From Candidatus Saccharimonadota bacterium (GTDB lineage Bacteria; Patescibacteriota; Saccharimonadia; Saccharimonadales; Saccharimonadaceae): 32,000 bases of DNA. Shown here in pieces: positions 16,143 to 23,000 of the stretch (position 1 is its first letter; each line of letters starts with the position of its first letter). Below the pieces are notes generated by a model. It did not search any database, was not told the origin of the DNA, and saw nothing but the letters and a program-made list of their open reading frames with translations. The stretch spans positions 600,001-632,000 of the forward strand of contig NZ_CP045921.1 in the NCBI RefSeq assembly GCF_025273655.1, in the 5' to 3' direction. The translations under genes were made by a program, and so were the position numbers.

Positions 16143-16342
16143 GCCTTCCTCCGCAAGCATTAAATAGTTGGTAGAGCGGAGGTCGGATATAAAAAACGAC
16201 AACCATTCTAGGTTGTCTAGGCCAAGTAAAACGAGTCAAGCTCATTTAACGTTTCGAATGGTTGCCGTTATCTTAAACTTGACAACCAAAGCTATGATTC
16301 TTTGGCGAATCGTTTTACTTTTACCTAGACGTTCTCAGTATA
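16143..16342 (-). promoter_or_regulatory. Structured 5' leader (riboswitch-like or attenuator-like) of the membrane-protein operon, including a -10 TATACT
   Basis: See the finding for 16143-16342. The leader contains nested helices P0-P3, an intrinsic terminator, a duplicated UGGUUGUC 8-mer able to form an antiterminator, and an anti-SD/SD hairpin. Confidence 0.45.
16189..16217 (-). terminator. Intrinsic terminator inside the leader, 47 nt upstream of the ATG at 16142
   Basis: On the minus strand, GACAACC (16217-16211), loop UAGAAU and GGUUGUC (16204-16198) are followed by GUUUUUUAU. Confidence 0.65.
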
Positions 16343-16484
16343 CCGTACTATCTGGTAAAAATCACCACATCTGGCCGAATCTACCTCAGATTATCTAAAG
16401 AATTTCTCATAACTCGTGCGTCAAGCGTTACTGCGCTACACGAACATGCAAAAACAAAAGAGCGCCTCCGCACTCTATAGCAAA

Positions 16485-16540
16485 GAAGGTTCGTGCTTTC
16501 TCGCAGATATGGAGCAAGCACGAACCTTCCTTTTGCATTG
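16485..16540. terminator. Strong hairpin, probable bidirectional terminator/insulator
   Basis: A perfect 14-bp stem GAAGGTTCGTGCTT (16485-16498) / AAGCACGAACCTTC (16516-16529) has a 17-nt loop. It is followed by CTTTTGCATTG on the plus strand and TTTGCTAT on the minus strand. Confidence 0.55.
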
Positions 16541-16577
16541 TAGCAAACGCCTAAGATAAAGCTATAATGGACATACT

Positions 16578-17183
16578 ATGGCAATATCTCAAGAAAAATA
16601 CGATGCGATAAAATCTAGCCCATACAGCCCTCATGCAAGTTGGACAGTTTGGCAAGCAATTGAAGAATACGAAAAACCAAAAGCCCGCATGGGTGACTTG
16701 AGTGTTTTCGAGGATAGTCCCGAGTTACTACAGACACTCCACACCGACATCGTATTTGTTGCGCTGAACTCTGCCGATAGGGACATTCAGCCAAAGCCGT
16801 TCAGCGCGTTCCACGATACAAGCCCTTACGCTATGGACTACAAAATGCGCTACGCGTTTAAAGATACGGTACTTTGGGGTAGCTATCTCACGGATTTCTT
16901 TCATGGACTACGCGAGACGGACTCTAGCAAGGTGAAAGTATTTCTCGCGGCACACCCAGACTTTCTCCACCACTCCATTGCTCGATTTAATGAAGAGATG
17001 TAGTTCATCGCAGAAGAAGGCAAAAAGCCAACGCTCATTGCACTAGGGTCGCAAGTAAAAGAACTCTTGGAGCTGTATGTTGCAAACGAGTATCGTATTC
17101 TGGAGCTACCGCATTACAGTTATTCTGTAATGACCAAAGAGCGCTACCGCGAACGCGCCCTTGAGCTAATTAAGCAGCTGTAA
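16578..17183 (+). pseudogene. Uracil-DNA-glycosylase-superfamily-like gene interrupted by an in-frame TAG
   Basis: The 141-aa ORF ends at TAG 17001-17003. The same frame continues for 59 more codons (FIAEEGKKPTLIALGSQVKELL...LELPHYSYS...IKQL) to TAA 17181-17183. The joined product has the UDG-fold layout: VFVALNSAD near the N-terminus and LIALG...PHYS near the C-terminus. TATAAT at 16563-16568 lies only 9 nt before the ATG, so the mRNA may be near-leaderless. Confidence 0.5.
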
Positions 17184-17184
17184 G

Positions 17185-17352
17185 TTATTTGTCATTATTG
17201 ATAGTCGGCAGCACGACGGTTATTAGTTCGTCAGTCTCTTGTTGCGACATAGCTTGCTTCTTTGGTGGAATAGCCTTCTTGCTGCGCTTCTTTGCCGCAC
17301 CGATGAGTGCTAATACTCCGATAGCAGCGCCAAAAGCAATGAGCTCAATCAT
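17185..17352 (-). CDS. Unannotated 55-aa single-pass membrane peptide
   Basis: The sequence is MIELIAFGAAIGVLALIGAAKKRSKKAIPPKKQAMSQQETDELITVVLPTINNDK. Its ATG overlaps the TGA of the upstream gene (ATGA at 17352-17349). It is below the 60-aa cutoff of the ORF track. Confidence 0.45.
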   Translation of the reverse strand: MIELIAFGAAIGVLALIGAAKKRSKKAIPPKKQAMSQQETDELITVVLPTINNDK

Positions 17353-18842
17353 GCTCGCACCTCAATCAGTTCCTTGAGCTTCTCGTAAATGGCCACCATT
17401 GCATACGTATCCAACCCACAGTATTCACGTAGGTCGGCCAGTATCTGGTCTCTGTCTGGTCGTGTGCCATCGACAATCGCTTCGCGCCACGAACGGCTGG
17501 CAGTCGAGCCCTCTTGGATGCCAAGTGTCTTATAGGACAGCTCGGGGCATAGTAACGGCAACACCTTCTTGATTGAATACTTACCCTTGAGCCGCTTATC
17601 GAGATAGAAGCGTTTACTAAAGACATCCGCAAGATCAACGGTACGCTCGTTGAGATCTTCAAAGAACGGAGCATGCTCTGGATAGAGCTTGGCGTATTCT
17701 TTATGACGTGAGCACTCAAAGGTTTTGTTCCACACGATAATCGAGCCTGTGCTACCAATATCTTGCTTCAGGTGGGCGATAACACTCTCGGCAGGGTTTG
17801 TGCTTGTATCATGGAGGTATTCAATATGTGTGAGCGTACCGTCTTCTTGCATGATATGCAGCGAATACTGAAACACGACCTGCTGGTACGGGAACGTATG
17901 GTCAAATGGCGGAAAGATATGGTTAATCGACTCGTAGTCGAGGAAGTAGGCTGGGGATTCGATATCACCAAGGAATGCTCGAATAGCCTCTTTGTCGACG
18001 ATGACCTCATCTAGCTTCGTCACACGTACTTGGTCTTGCTGATGGGCTTGTAGCTTGGTTGAATCTGGAATATCGACGATGAGCTTCACGTCGTTATCTT
18101 CGAGGCTTCCGATAAGCTTGTCTGTACCTACACCCTTATTCGAGGCAAGGTCGTAAATGCTATATTCGGGAATATCTGGATGGAGCTTGTAGAAGATATC
18201 TCGGTATTCGCCCGCGGCACCAAGCCCGACGTAACGGAGCGAGTCACTTGGCATTGTATCGCTCTCGGCTATTTTGGCGGCTTCTCGCATCTTCTCAGGG
18301 GCATTCAGGACTTCTTTGTTTACTTTGTCGGTAACATCAGTGAACATCACGATATCTTCGAGCTTGATTTCACCGTTACGAAGATATTCTTTATTGGCGT
18401 GCAGTACTTGGTCAGTTCGCACAGGAAAGCCACTCCACTCAATAACCGTCTTCTGAAACGCAAGGTCGCAGATATGCTCTTTGTCTGGCGAGGTGGTGGC
18501 TTTGATTTCTGTCAGGGTGTAGGCATCGCCATCACTTGTAATGGCGTCAGCGATACACAAGAAGCCATCATAGAGAAAGGCTGCTTGCAAAATAGTGTCC
18601 ACGCCTTGCTCGAGTAGCGCCTTGGTCTCATCCGCCCATTCCTGCATGTCTGCATAGTCGTTACGATCGAGGCGTATTGCTTCGGGGAATATCTGCTCAG
18701 CTAGCTTCTCAAATTCACGACCCTCGTCGATGATAGCCTGCGAGTTGTCATCAGGCGTTGGCAAGAAATCTGGGTCGTGCTTGCGAAGCCAGAGCCACGC
18801 TGGATGTTTGAGATAGGTTATGTAGTCGGTTTTAGAAATCAT
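17349..18842 (-). CDS. DUF2779-like protein: N-terminal PD-(D/E)XK nuclease plus C-terminal DUF2779 region
   Basis: The N-terminus reads MISKTDYITYLKHPAWLWLRK. A candidate D...ExK is CIADAI...LTEIKAT. The C-terminal part reads FLDYESINHIFPPFDHTFPYQQVVFQYSLHI ... GSIIVWNKTFE ... YSIKKVLP, as I recall for DUF2779. SD GAGGAG lies 7 nt upstream and the gap to the preceding gene is 20 nt. Confidence 0.62.
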   Translation of the reverse strand: MISKTDYITYLKHPAWLWLRKHDPDFLPTPDDNSQAIIDEGREFEKLAEQIFPEAIRLDRNDYADMQEWADETKALLEQGVDTILQAAFLYDGFLCIADAITSDGDAYTLTEIKATTSPDKEHICDLAFQKTVIEWSGFPVRTDQVLHANKEYLRNGEIKLEDIVMFTDVTDKVNKEVLNAPEKMREAAKIAESDTMPSDSLRYVGLGAAGEYRDIFYKLHPDIPEYSIYDLASNKGVGTDKLIGSLEDNDVKLIVDIPDSTKLQAHQQDQVRVTKLDEVIVDKEAIRAFLGDIESPAYFLDYESINHIFPPFDHTFPYQQVVFQYSLHIMQEDGTLTHIEYLHDTSTNPAESVIAHLKQDIGSTGSIIVWNKTFECSRHKEYAKLYPEHAPFFEDLNERTVDLADVFSKRFYLDKRLKGKYSIKKVLPLLCPELSYKTLGIQEGSTASRSWREAIVDGTRPDRDQILADLREYCGLDTYAMVAIYEKLKELIEVRA

Positions 18843-18862
18843 ATTTTACTCCTCAGAATGCC

Positions 18863-21157
18863 CTATCTTTTACTTAATGAAAGAAATACATCATCAATGC
18901 GTGAATTCTCATCCGATTTCATTTCTCTTTGAGTCTCAAAGTCGTCATCGTCTTTAGAATAGAAGCTTGAGCCATCATAATCTTCTGGTGGTTCAGCCCA
19001 TGCATTGAACTCATTATCGACGAAACTACCGTCAAGACCATAGCATTCCAATGTATCGTTCATCTCATCTTTAATGTCGATATCCTTCTCGCCATCTGTT
19101 AACCTCTGTCGCACTTCTTCGCTAAGGATGTCTTCGTAATACTCGTCCTGAGCTATTCTTTCAGCTATACGATCCAAGACAAACTTTTTGATGCCGTAGC
19201 TCCATCCTATCTCAGCCACTGTTTTCATGTCCTCGTAGGTACCGACAGCACCTACAACCGAGTGTACAAAATTATCTGCCACTTCATCTGGTAGGTCGTC
19301 GGAATCACAGTACGTATCAAAGGCATTAAGTGCAGCCGAAACGTCTTGAGTGTGAGGGATAGAAGACTGCAATATCGCAAGTACAGCCCGAGAGAACTCT
19401 TGATTGACCTCCTCTATAGCATCCGACACATCAGAGAGTCTCGATATGCTATCAAAAATATCAAAGCTCTCAGGAGTACCTGAATTACCTAGCCATGGTA
19501 ACTGCTGCCAGCTACTGAGGACTTTTTCCTTCATCGCTTCAACACCCGATTCACTTAGTACGATAGGAGTATAGCCAGATAACGACGCCCGTAATTCGTA
19601 ACTGCTACTATCTGCACTGATTGCGAATGGATGCGTAAGCTGGTTGAGGTACACGGCACTTCTAATGAGCTTTTCAATCGAGTGGTTGTGTCCGCGATAA
19701 TAGTGAGTGATAAAGTCGTAAATAGTAGGGTTTAATACATCTACGACGATCTGATCATCTTTATCTTTTGATGTTTTCAGGAATGTACTTTCAAGCACAT
19801 CAATAGATCGACGCAGTTGCGTTTCGTCGATCGTATCATCAAAAGAAACCACTGCCTTATGTAGATATTCAAAGCGTACGTTTCTTCCGATCGACATCAT
19901 TACCAGCATAATATTGCGAGCATTTTCGTCGATCTTATTCATATAGATATCCTCGTATAACATCCAAGGATTATTAAATAGTTCGATTACCTTATCGCAA
20001 AATGATTCTGGCAGGCAATCCGACCAAAGCTTTTGCTTATTAATCGCTTCAATGAGGCGTGGATTATAGTTCCTATGTCTCACGATACTTCTATATACTT
20101 TTTTGTCGACAAAATATTCGAGGTGTTCCTCTGGTATATCCGATACCGCGAGATGATTGTAGAGGATCTTGGCTTTTGTCACCAAGTCATATTCAGACAA
20201 GTCGACAATATATTTCGCGTCAAGAAAGCCCTGATCTTTAAACACTTCGGTGCTTTGTTGAGCTTGATGAAGTATATACTCACGCGTCGTCATGATAAGT
20301 GCCTTATTTTTTCTTAGACGACCTGCGTTTTCAATCAATGTCCTAAATATGCCATCCTCTCTGCGAGATAGCTTATCGTCTAGGTAATTACTACCCAGAA
20401 AGTCATCAAACAGGAAGATCTGCTTCTTGTCAGGGTCGCTACTCATCATCTCTAGGGCGTCATTGATATCTTGCGGCAAGGCGACCAACTCATTAAAATC
20501 ACCTTCACCAAGCAAGTAGTAGCTCATAACGTCGGCAAGTGTCGTTTTTCCTACTCCAGGCTCGCCAGCAATGACAATAAACCCGTGCTCTTTTAGTGTT
20601 AACATAGCCTCATTAAAACTTGGCGTTGGAGAATAGGTTTCTAGCGTGTCGATAATCTTTTCTTTTATAAGACCACTATAATTAGACACCCTACTTGAAA
20701 GTATTGTCTGTAGTACATTACTGCTTGCGATCCAGAGCTTATAATGCCTCTTTTCAACATTGGGATGCTTGTGCAATAAACTATTAAGCTGCTTAGGTGC
20801 GAGTATATCGCTCGATTGTTTGATATATGGCGAGAATAGCGCAACTATATCGTTTATCTTATCCTCTGTAAGGTCTAGCGATACTGAGAGGATGTACCTC
20901 TCAGGAGCAGGGCTCATCTCATCCAGCTTTAGACGCTCTTTGGCTAAATTCGCCATAAGACCTGACGCGCTCTTGTAGCGCTTGCACTGCACAATAATCG
21001 TGCGGTCGTTGTCGCATGCCGAGTACCTTAGGTCGATACCACCATCCGCTCCATCCGCGAACGCCTGAAACGATACGCCCATTTCTTCTGAAAGCAGGTC
21101 TTTCGTGAATTCCTCGAACTCACCCCATGTTAAAACATTAAAGTTATACTCATTCAT
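18863..21157 (-). CDS. Mrr-like restriction-endonuclease domain fused to a STAND-type P-loop NTPase with an alpha-helical C-terminal region
   Basis: The N-terminus FEEFTKDLL...GADGGIDLRY...IIVQCKRYKS matches the Mrr catalytic pattern. Also present: Walker A IAGEPGVGKTTLA, Walker B IFLFDDFLG, then MTTREYIL, ILYNHL and NYNPRLIE. The tail is acidic. The gene is very AT-rich. Confidence 0.72.
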   Translation of the reverse strand: MNEYNFNVLTWGEFEEFTKDLLSEEMGVSFQAFADGADGGIDLRYSACDNDRTIIVQCKRYKSASGLMANLAKERLKLDEMSPAPERYILSVSLDLTEDKINDIVALFSPYIKQSSDILAPKQLNSLLHKHPNVEKRHYKLWIASSNVLQTILSSRVSNYSGLIKEKIIDTLETYSPTPSFNEAMLTLKEHGFIVIAGEPGVGKTTLADVMSYYLLGEGDFNELVALPQDINDALEMMSSDPDKKQIFLFDDFLGSNYLDDKLSRREDGIFRTLIENAGRLRKNKALIMTTREYILHQAQQSTEVFKDQGFLDAKYIVDLSEYDLVTKAKILYNHLAVSDIPEEHLEYFVDKKVYRSIVRHRNYNPRLIEAINKQKLWSDCLPESFCDKVIELFNNPWMLYEDIYMNKIDENARNIMLVMMSIGRNVRFEYLHKAVVSFDDTIDETQLRRSIDVLESTFLKTSKDKDDQIVVDVLNPTIYDFITHYYRGHNHSIEKLIRSAVYLNQLTHPFAISADSSSYELRASLSGYTPIVLSESGVEAMKEKVLSSWQQLPWLGNSGTPESFDIFDSISRLSDVSDAIEEVNQEFSRAVLAILQSSIPHTQDVSAALNAFDTYCDSDDLPDEVADNFVHSVVGAVGTYEDMKTVAEIGWSYGIKKFVLDRIAERIAQDEYYEDILSEEVRQRLTDGEKDIDIKDEMNDTLECYGLDGSFVDNEFNAWAEPPEDYDGSSFYSKDDDDFETQREMKSDENSRIDDVFLSLSKR

Positions 21158-21270
21158 TTTATTTATATCCGAGTTATGTAGCCCCTAACTCCTGTTGACT
21201 CATTGTTGCAATTATAGCAAAAGTTCATATTCATTGCTCAGCTAGATCAAGCCGTTGCAGATTAATAAGA

Positions 21271-21299
21271 ATCATAAAAACCGCCCAGTCGGACGGTTT
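21271..21299 (-). terminator. Intrinsic terminator of tRNA-Leu
   Basis: Minus-strand RNA AAACCGUCC-GACU-GGGCGGUUU forms 9 bp including one G-U pair. It is followed by UUAUGAUU and starts 17 nt after the tRNA 3' end. Confidence 0.6.
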
Positions 21300-21315
21300 A
21301 CTCGTAATTTCACTG

Positions 21316-21400
21316 TGGTACGGATGAAAGGACTTGAACCTTCACGCCCGAAGGCAATAGCTCCTAAGGCTATCGTGTCTACCAATTCCACCACATCCGC
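21316..21400 (-). tRNA. tRNA-Leu (anticodon UAG), 85 nt with encoded CCA
   Basis: The sequence is GCGGATGTGGTGGAATTGGTAGACACGATAGCCTTAGGAGCTATTGCCTTCGGGCGTGAAGGTTCAAGTCCTTTCATCCGTACCA. The anticodon stem is ATAGC/GCTAT around loop CTTAGGA. There is a long variable arm with a UUCG loop and a T-loop TTCAAGT. The acceptor stem's first pair is G1-U72. Confidence 0.9.
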
Positions 21401-21428
21401 GTATTTGTGTGTGAATTACTTAATCCAT

Positions 21429-21456
21429 ATTATAGCATAAGAATTGGTCGTGTCCT
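21429..21456 (-). promoter_or_regulatory. Promoter of tRNA-Leu
   Basis: On the minus strand, -35 AGGACA (21456-21451), a 16-nt spacer and -10 TATAAT (21434-21429). The tRNA 5' end lies 29 nt downstream. Confidence 0.5.
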
Positions 21457-21752
21457 ATGTCTTTTTTGTACTTTTATTATGTAATGTTATTTACATACAT
21501 TATGGCGTATCGTGCAATATCTTGGTATTTGCTTGTAAGATGGCTGTGTTATCCAGAACAAATTGACTCCACCGTGTACTCCCACGGGAACTCCTACGGT
21601 TACATATCCACCCGAGTGGGTACAAGTCTATACGACGGTTGCTCCTCTAATCGTGACTTATGCCTTTTTAGGCCATTGTGAGGCGTTATAACAGGGGTAA
21701 AATGAGAAATCGCACACAGTACACAAGGACACTTTTTATGCGCCATCTCACA

Positions 21753-21808
21753 AGCCTTAGGAGCTAGTGCCTCCGGGCGTGAAGGTTCAAGTCCTTTCAT
21801 CCGCACCA
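21753..21808 (+). repeat. Inverted partial copy (3' 56 nt, anticodon stem to CCA) of tRNA-Leu; att-site-like remnant
   Basis: AGCCTTAGGAGCTAGTGCCTCCGGGCGTGAAGGTTCAAGTCCTTTCATCCGCACCA differs at 3 of 56 positions from the reverse complement of 21316-21371. There is no matching 5' half upstream, so it is not a functional tRNA. Confidence 0.85.
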
Positions 21809-21809
21809 A

Positions 21810-21848
21810 CGTAAAAACATCGGAAATCCCGATGTTTTTACGTTTATG
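21810..21848 (+). terminator. Intrinsic terminator directly after the tRNA fragment
   Basis: A perfect 14-bp stem CGTAAAAACATCGG (21810-21823) / CCGATGTTTTTACG (21829-21842) has loop AAATC and is followed by TTTATG. Confidence 0.7.
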
Positions 21849-21921
21849 ATATCTCGATTTCTCGCAACTTTTGTCGTGCGTCTCACCAGATACACGGAAC
21901 CACAGCACCTAGAATGCGAAT

Positions 21922-21963
21922 GGGCGGCTTCGCTGCATCATCTCTGATACATCGAAGCCGCCC
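21922..21963 (-). terminator. Hairpin downstream of the hydrolase gene (possible terminator)
   Basis: An 11-bp stem GGGCGGCTTCG / CGAAGCCGCCC has a 20-nt loop and starts 21 nt after the stop at 21984. The U-tract is weak. Confidence 0.4.
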
Positions 21964-21983
21964 AGGGGCAATCCATCTGACTA

Positions 21984-22889
21984 CTAGCCAAACAGTCTGC
22001 CACACTCTCGATCGACAGCCGAACCCCACGCGCTCTTGTGCTCCTGGAACGTGAGGTGCTCTCCCTCGGGGATCTCAACCACTGTTGCGTCCGGGAATAG
22101 GCCCAGCCAGATATCACGGGCAACGTTGCCACGGATAGTCTTGTCTGAACCCGACTGGAGATACACCGACTCAATGCCCTCGAGCTTGGCCGCACTTGGC
22201 AGCGGCGCTCGAGCAATAGTGTCGGTCATCTCCAGAAACGCATTCAGTGTGTAGCGGCGCATCGCGTTGATGTGCGACCGCACTCGCTTCTCGAGTTTGA
22301 GATTGCCAGGCTCATCAAGATGAGAGTTGGGAATTCCTCGCAGCGCCAACCTGATGAACAGCTTTCCTGGCCAATTGAACACTGGTCCAGGATGCAGGAA
22401 TCGCACAACCTGAGCGAGCTGTCGTTGTCCTGCCGGTAGTACCTCGTTGCAAAGGGCGGCGTCGGCACCAAAAACCACAACTCTGTCGAATTTTTCACGT
22501 AGGGTTGCGGCGAGCCGCAGCGCGTTGATCGCACCCATGGAACCCCCGAAGAAACATACATCGCGGACAGCGCTGGCCTTGACCTTATCGCGAAACGCAC
22601 GGTACACCGCTTCGTGGTTGTAGCTGTCGAAGTCGTAGTCGACATAGAGCACCGTGCCCCACTGCGACAGCCGGGACATGATGTCATCCGCGTGTTCACT
22701 CGCGAGATTGAACGCCCCGTCGAGAAACACAATGTCACGATCTGCATCAGGGTTTTGCGAAAGAATATCCTCCACTACTACAGGACGCACCCACCAGCAC
22801 GCTCGCACATGCCTGCCTATCTGCCACAGCAGCAGGACCAGTAGCACGACAATACCCAGTAGAACCCAACGAGTGGCCACAAAGACCAC
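21984..22889 (-). CDS. Membrane-anchored alpha/beta-hydrolase-fold protein
   Basis: It has an N-terminal TM segment WVLLGIVVLLVLLLW and a nucleophile-elbow-like FFGGSMGA. The ORFs overlapping it in other frames are shadows. Confidence 0.6.
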   Translation of the reverse strand: MVFVATRWVLLGIVVLLVLLLWQIGRHVRACWWVRPVVVEDILSQNPDADRDIVFLDGAFNLASEHADDIMSRLSQWGTVLYVDYDFDSYNHEAVYRAFRDKVKASAVRDVCFFGGSMGAINALRLAATLREKFDRVVVFGADAALCNEVLPAGQRQLAQVVRFLHPGPVFNWPGKLFIRLALRGIPNSHLDEPGNLKLEKRVRSHINAMRRYTLNAFLEMTDTIARAPLPSAAKLEGIESVYLQSGSDKTIRGNVARDIWLGLFPDATVVEIPEGEHLTFQEHKSAWGSAVDRECGRLFG

Positions 22890-22970
22890 CCCCTTTCAGT
22901 CGATTTGTCGATGTCAAAGAGCTTAAATGTTATTATATCATAAGTTTATATAAATATCAATATATTTTCT

Positions 22971-23000
22971 ACGCAACAAAAAGGCGCCTAAACGCCTTTT
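22971..23000 (-). terminator. Intrinsic terminator overlapping the RsmD stop codon
   Basis: AAAAGGCG (22979-22986) pairs with CGCCTTTT (22993-23000). On the minus strand this is followed by TGTTG. Confidence 0.6.

Noticed and set aside
16235-16283. A 12-mer AACCAUUCGAAA in the leader RNA that, from memory, also occurs in a c-di-GMP-I (GEMM) riboswitch.
   Set aside because: The flanking sequence does not form the GNRA-capped hairpin expected there, since CCAUUC has no GAGUGG-type partner. I saw none of the other GEMM consensus blocks. It is probably coincidence.
21255-21908. Two small ORFs (21255..21440 + and 21600..21908 -) that share the peptide VRMKGLEPSRP, which could suggest a duplicated gene.
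   Set aside because: The shared peptide is simply the translation of the tRNA-Leu 3' segment and its inverted copy. The similarity stops where the RNA repeat stops, and there is no RBS.
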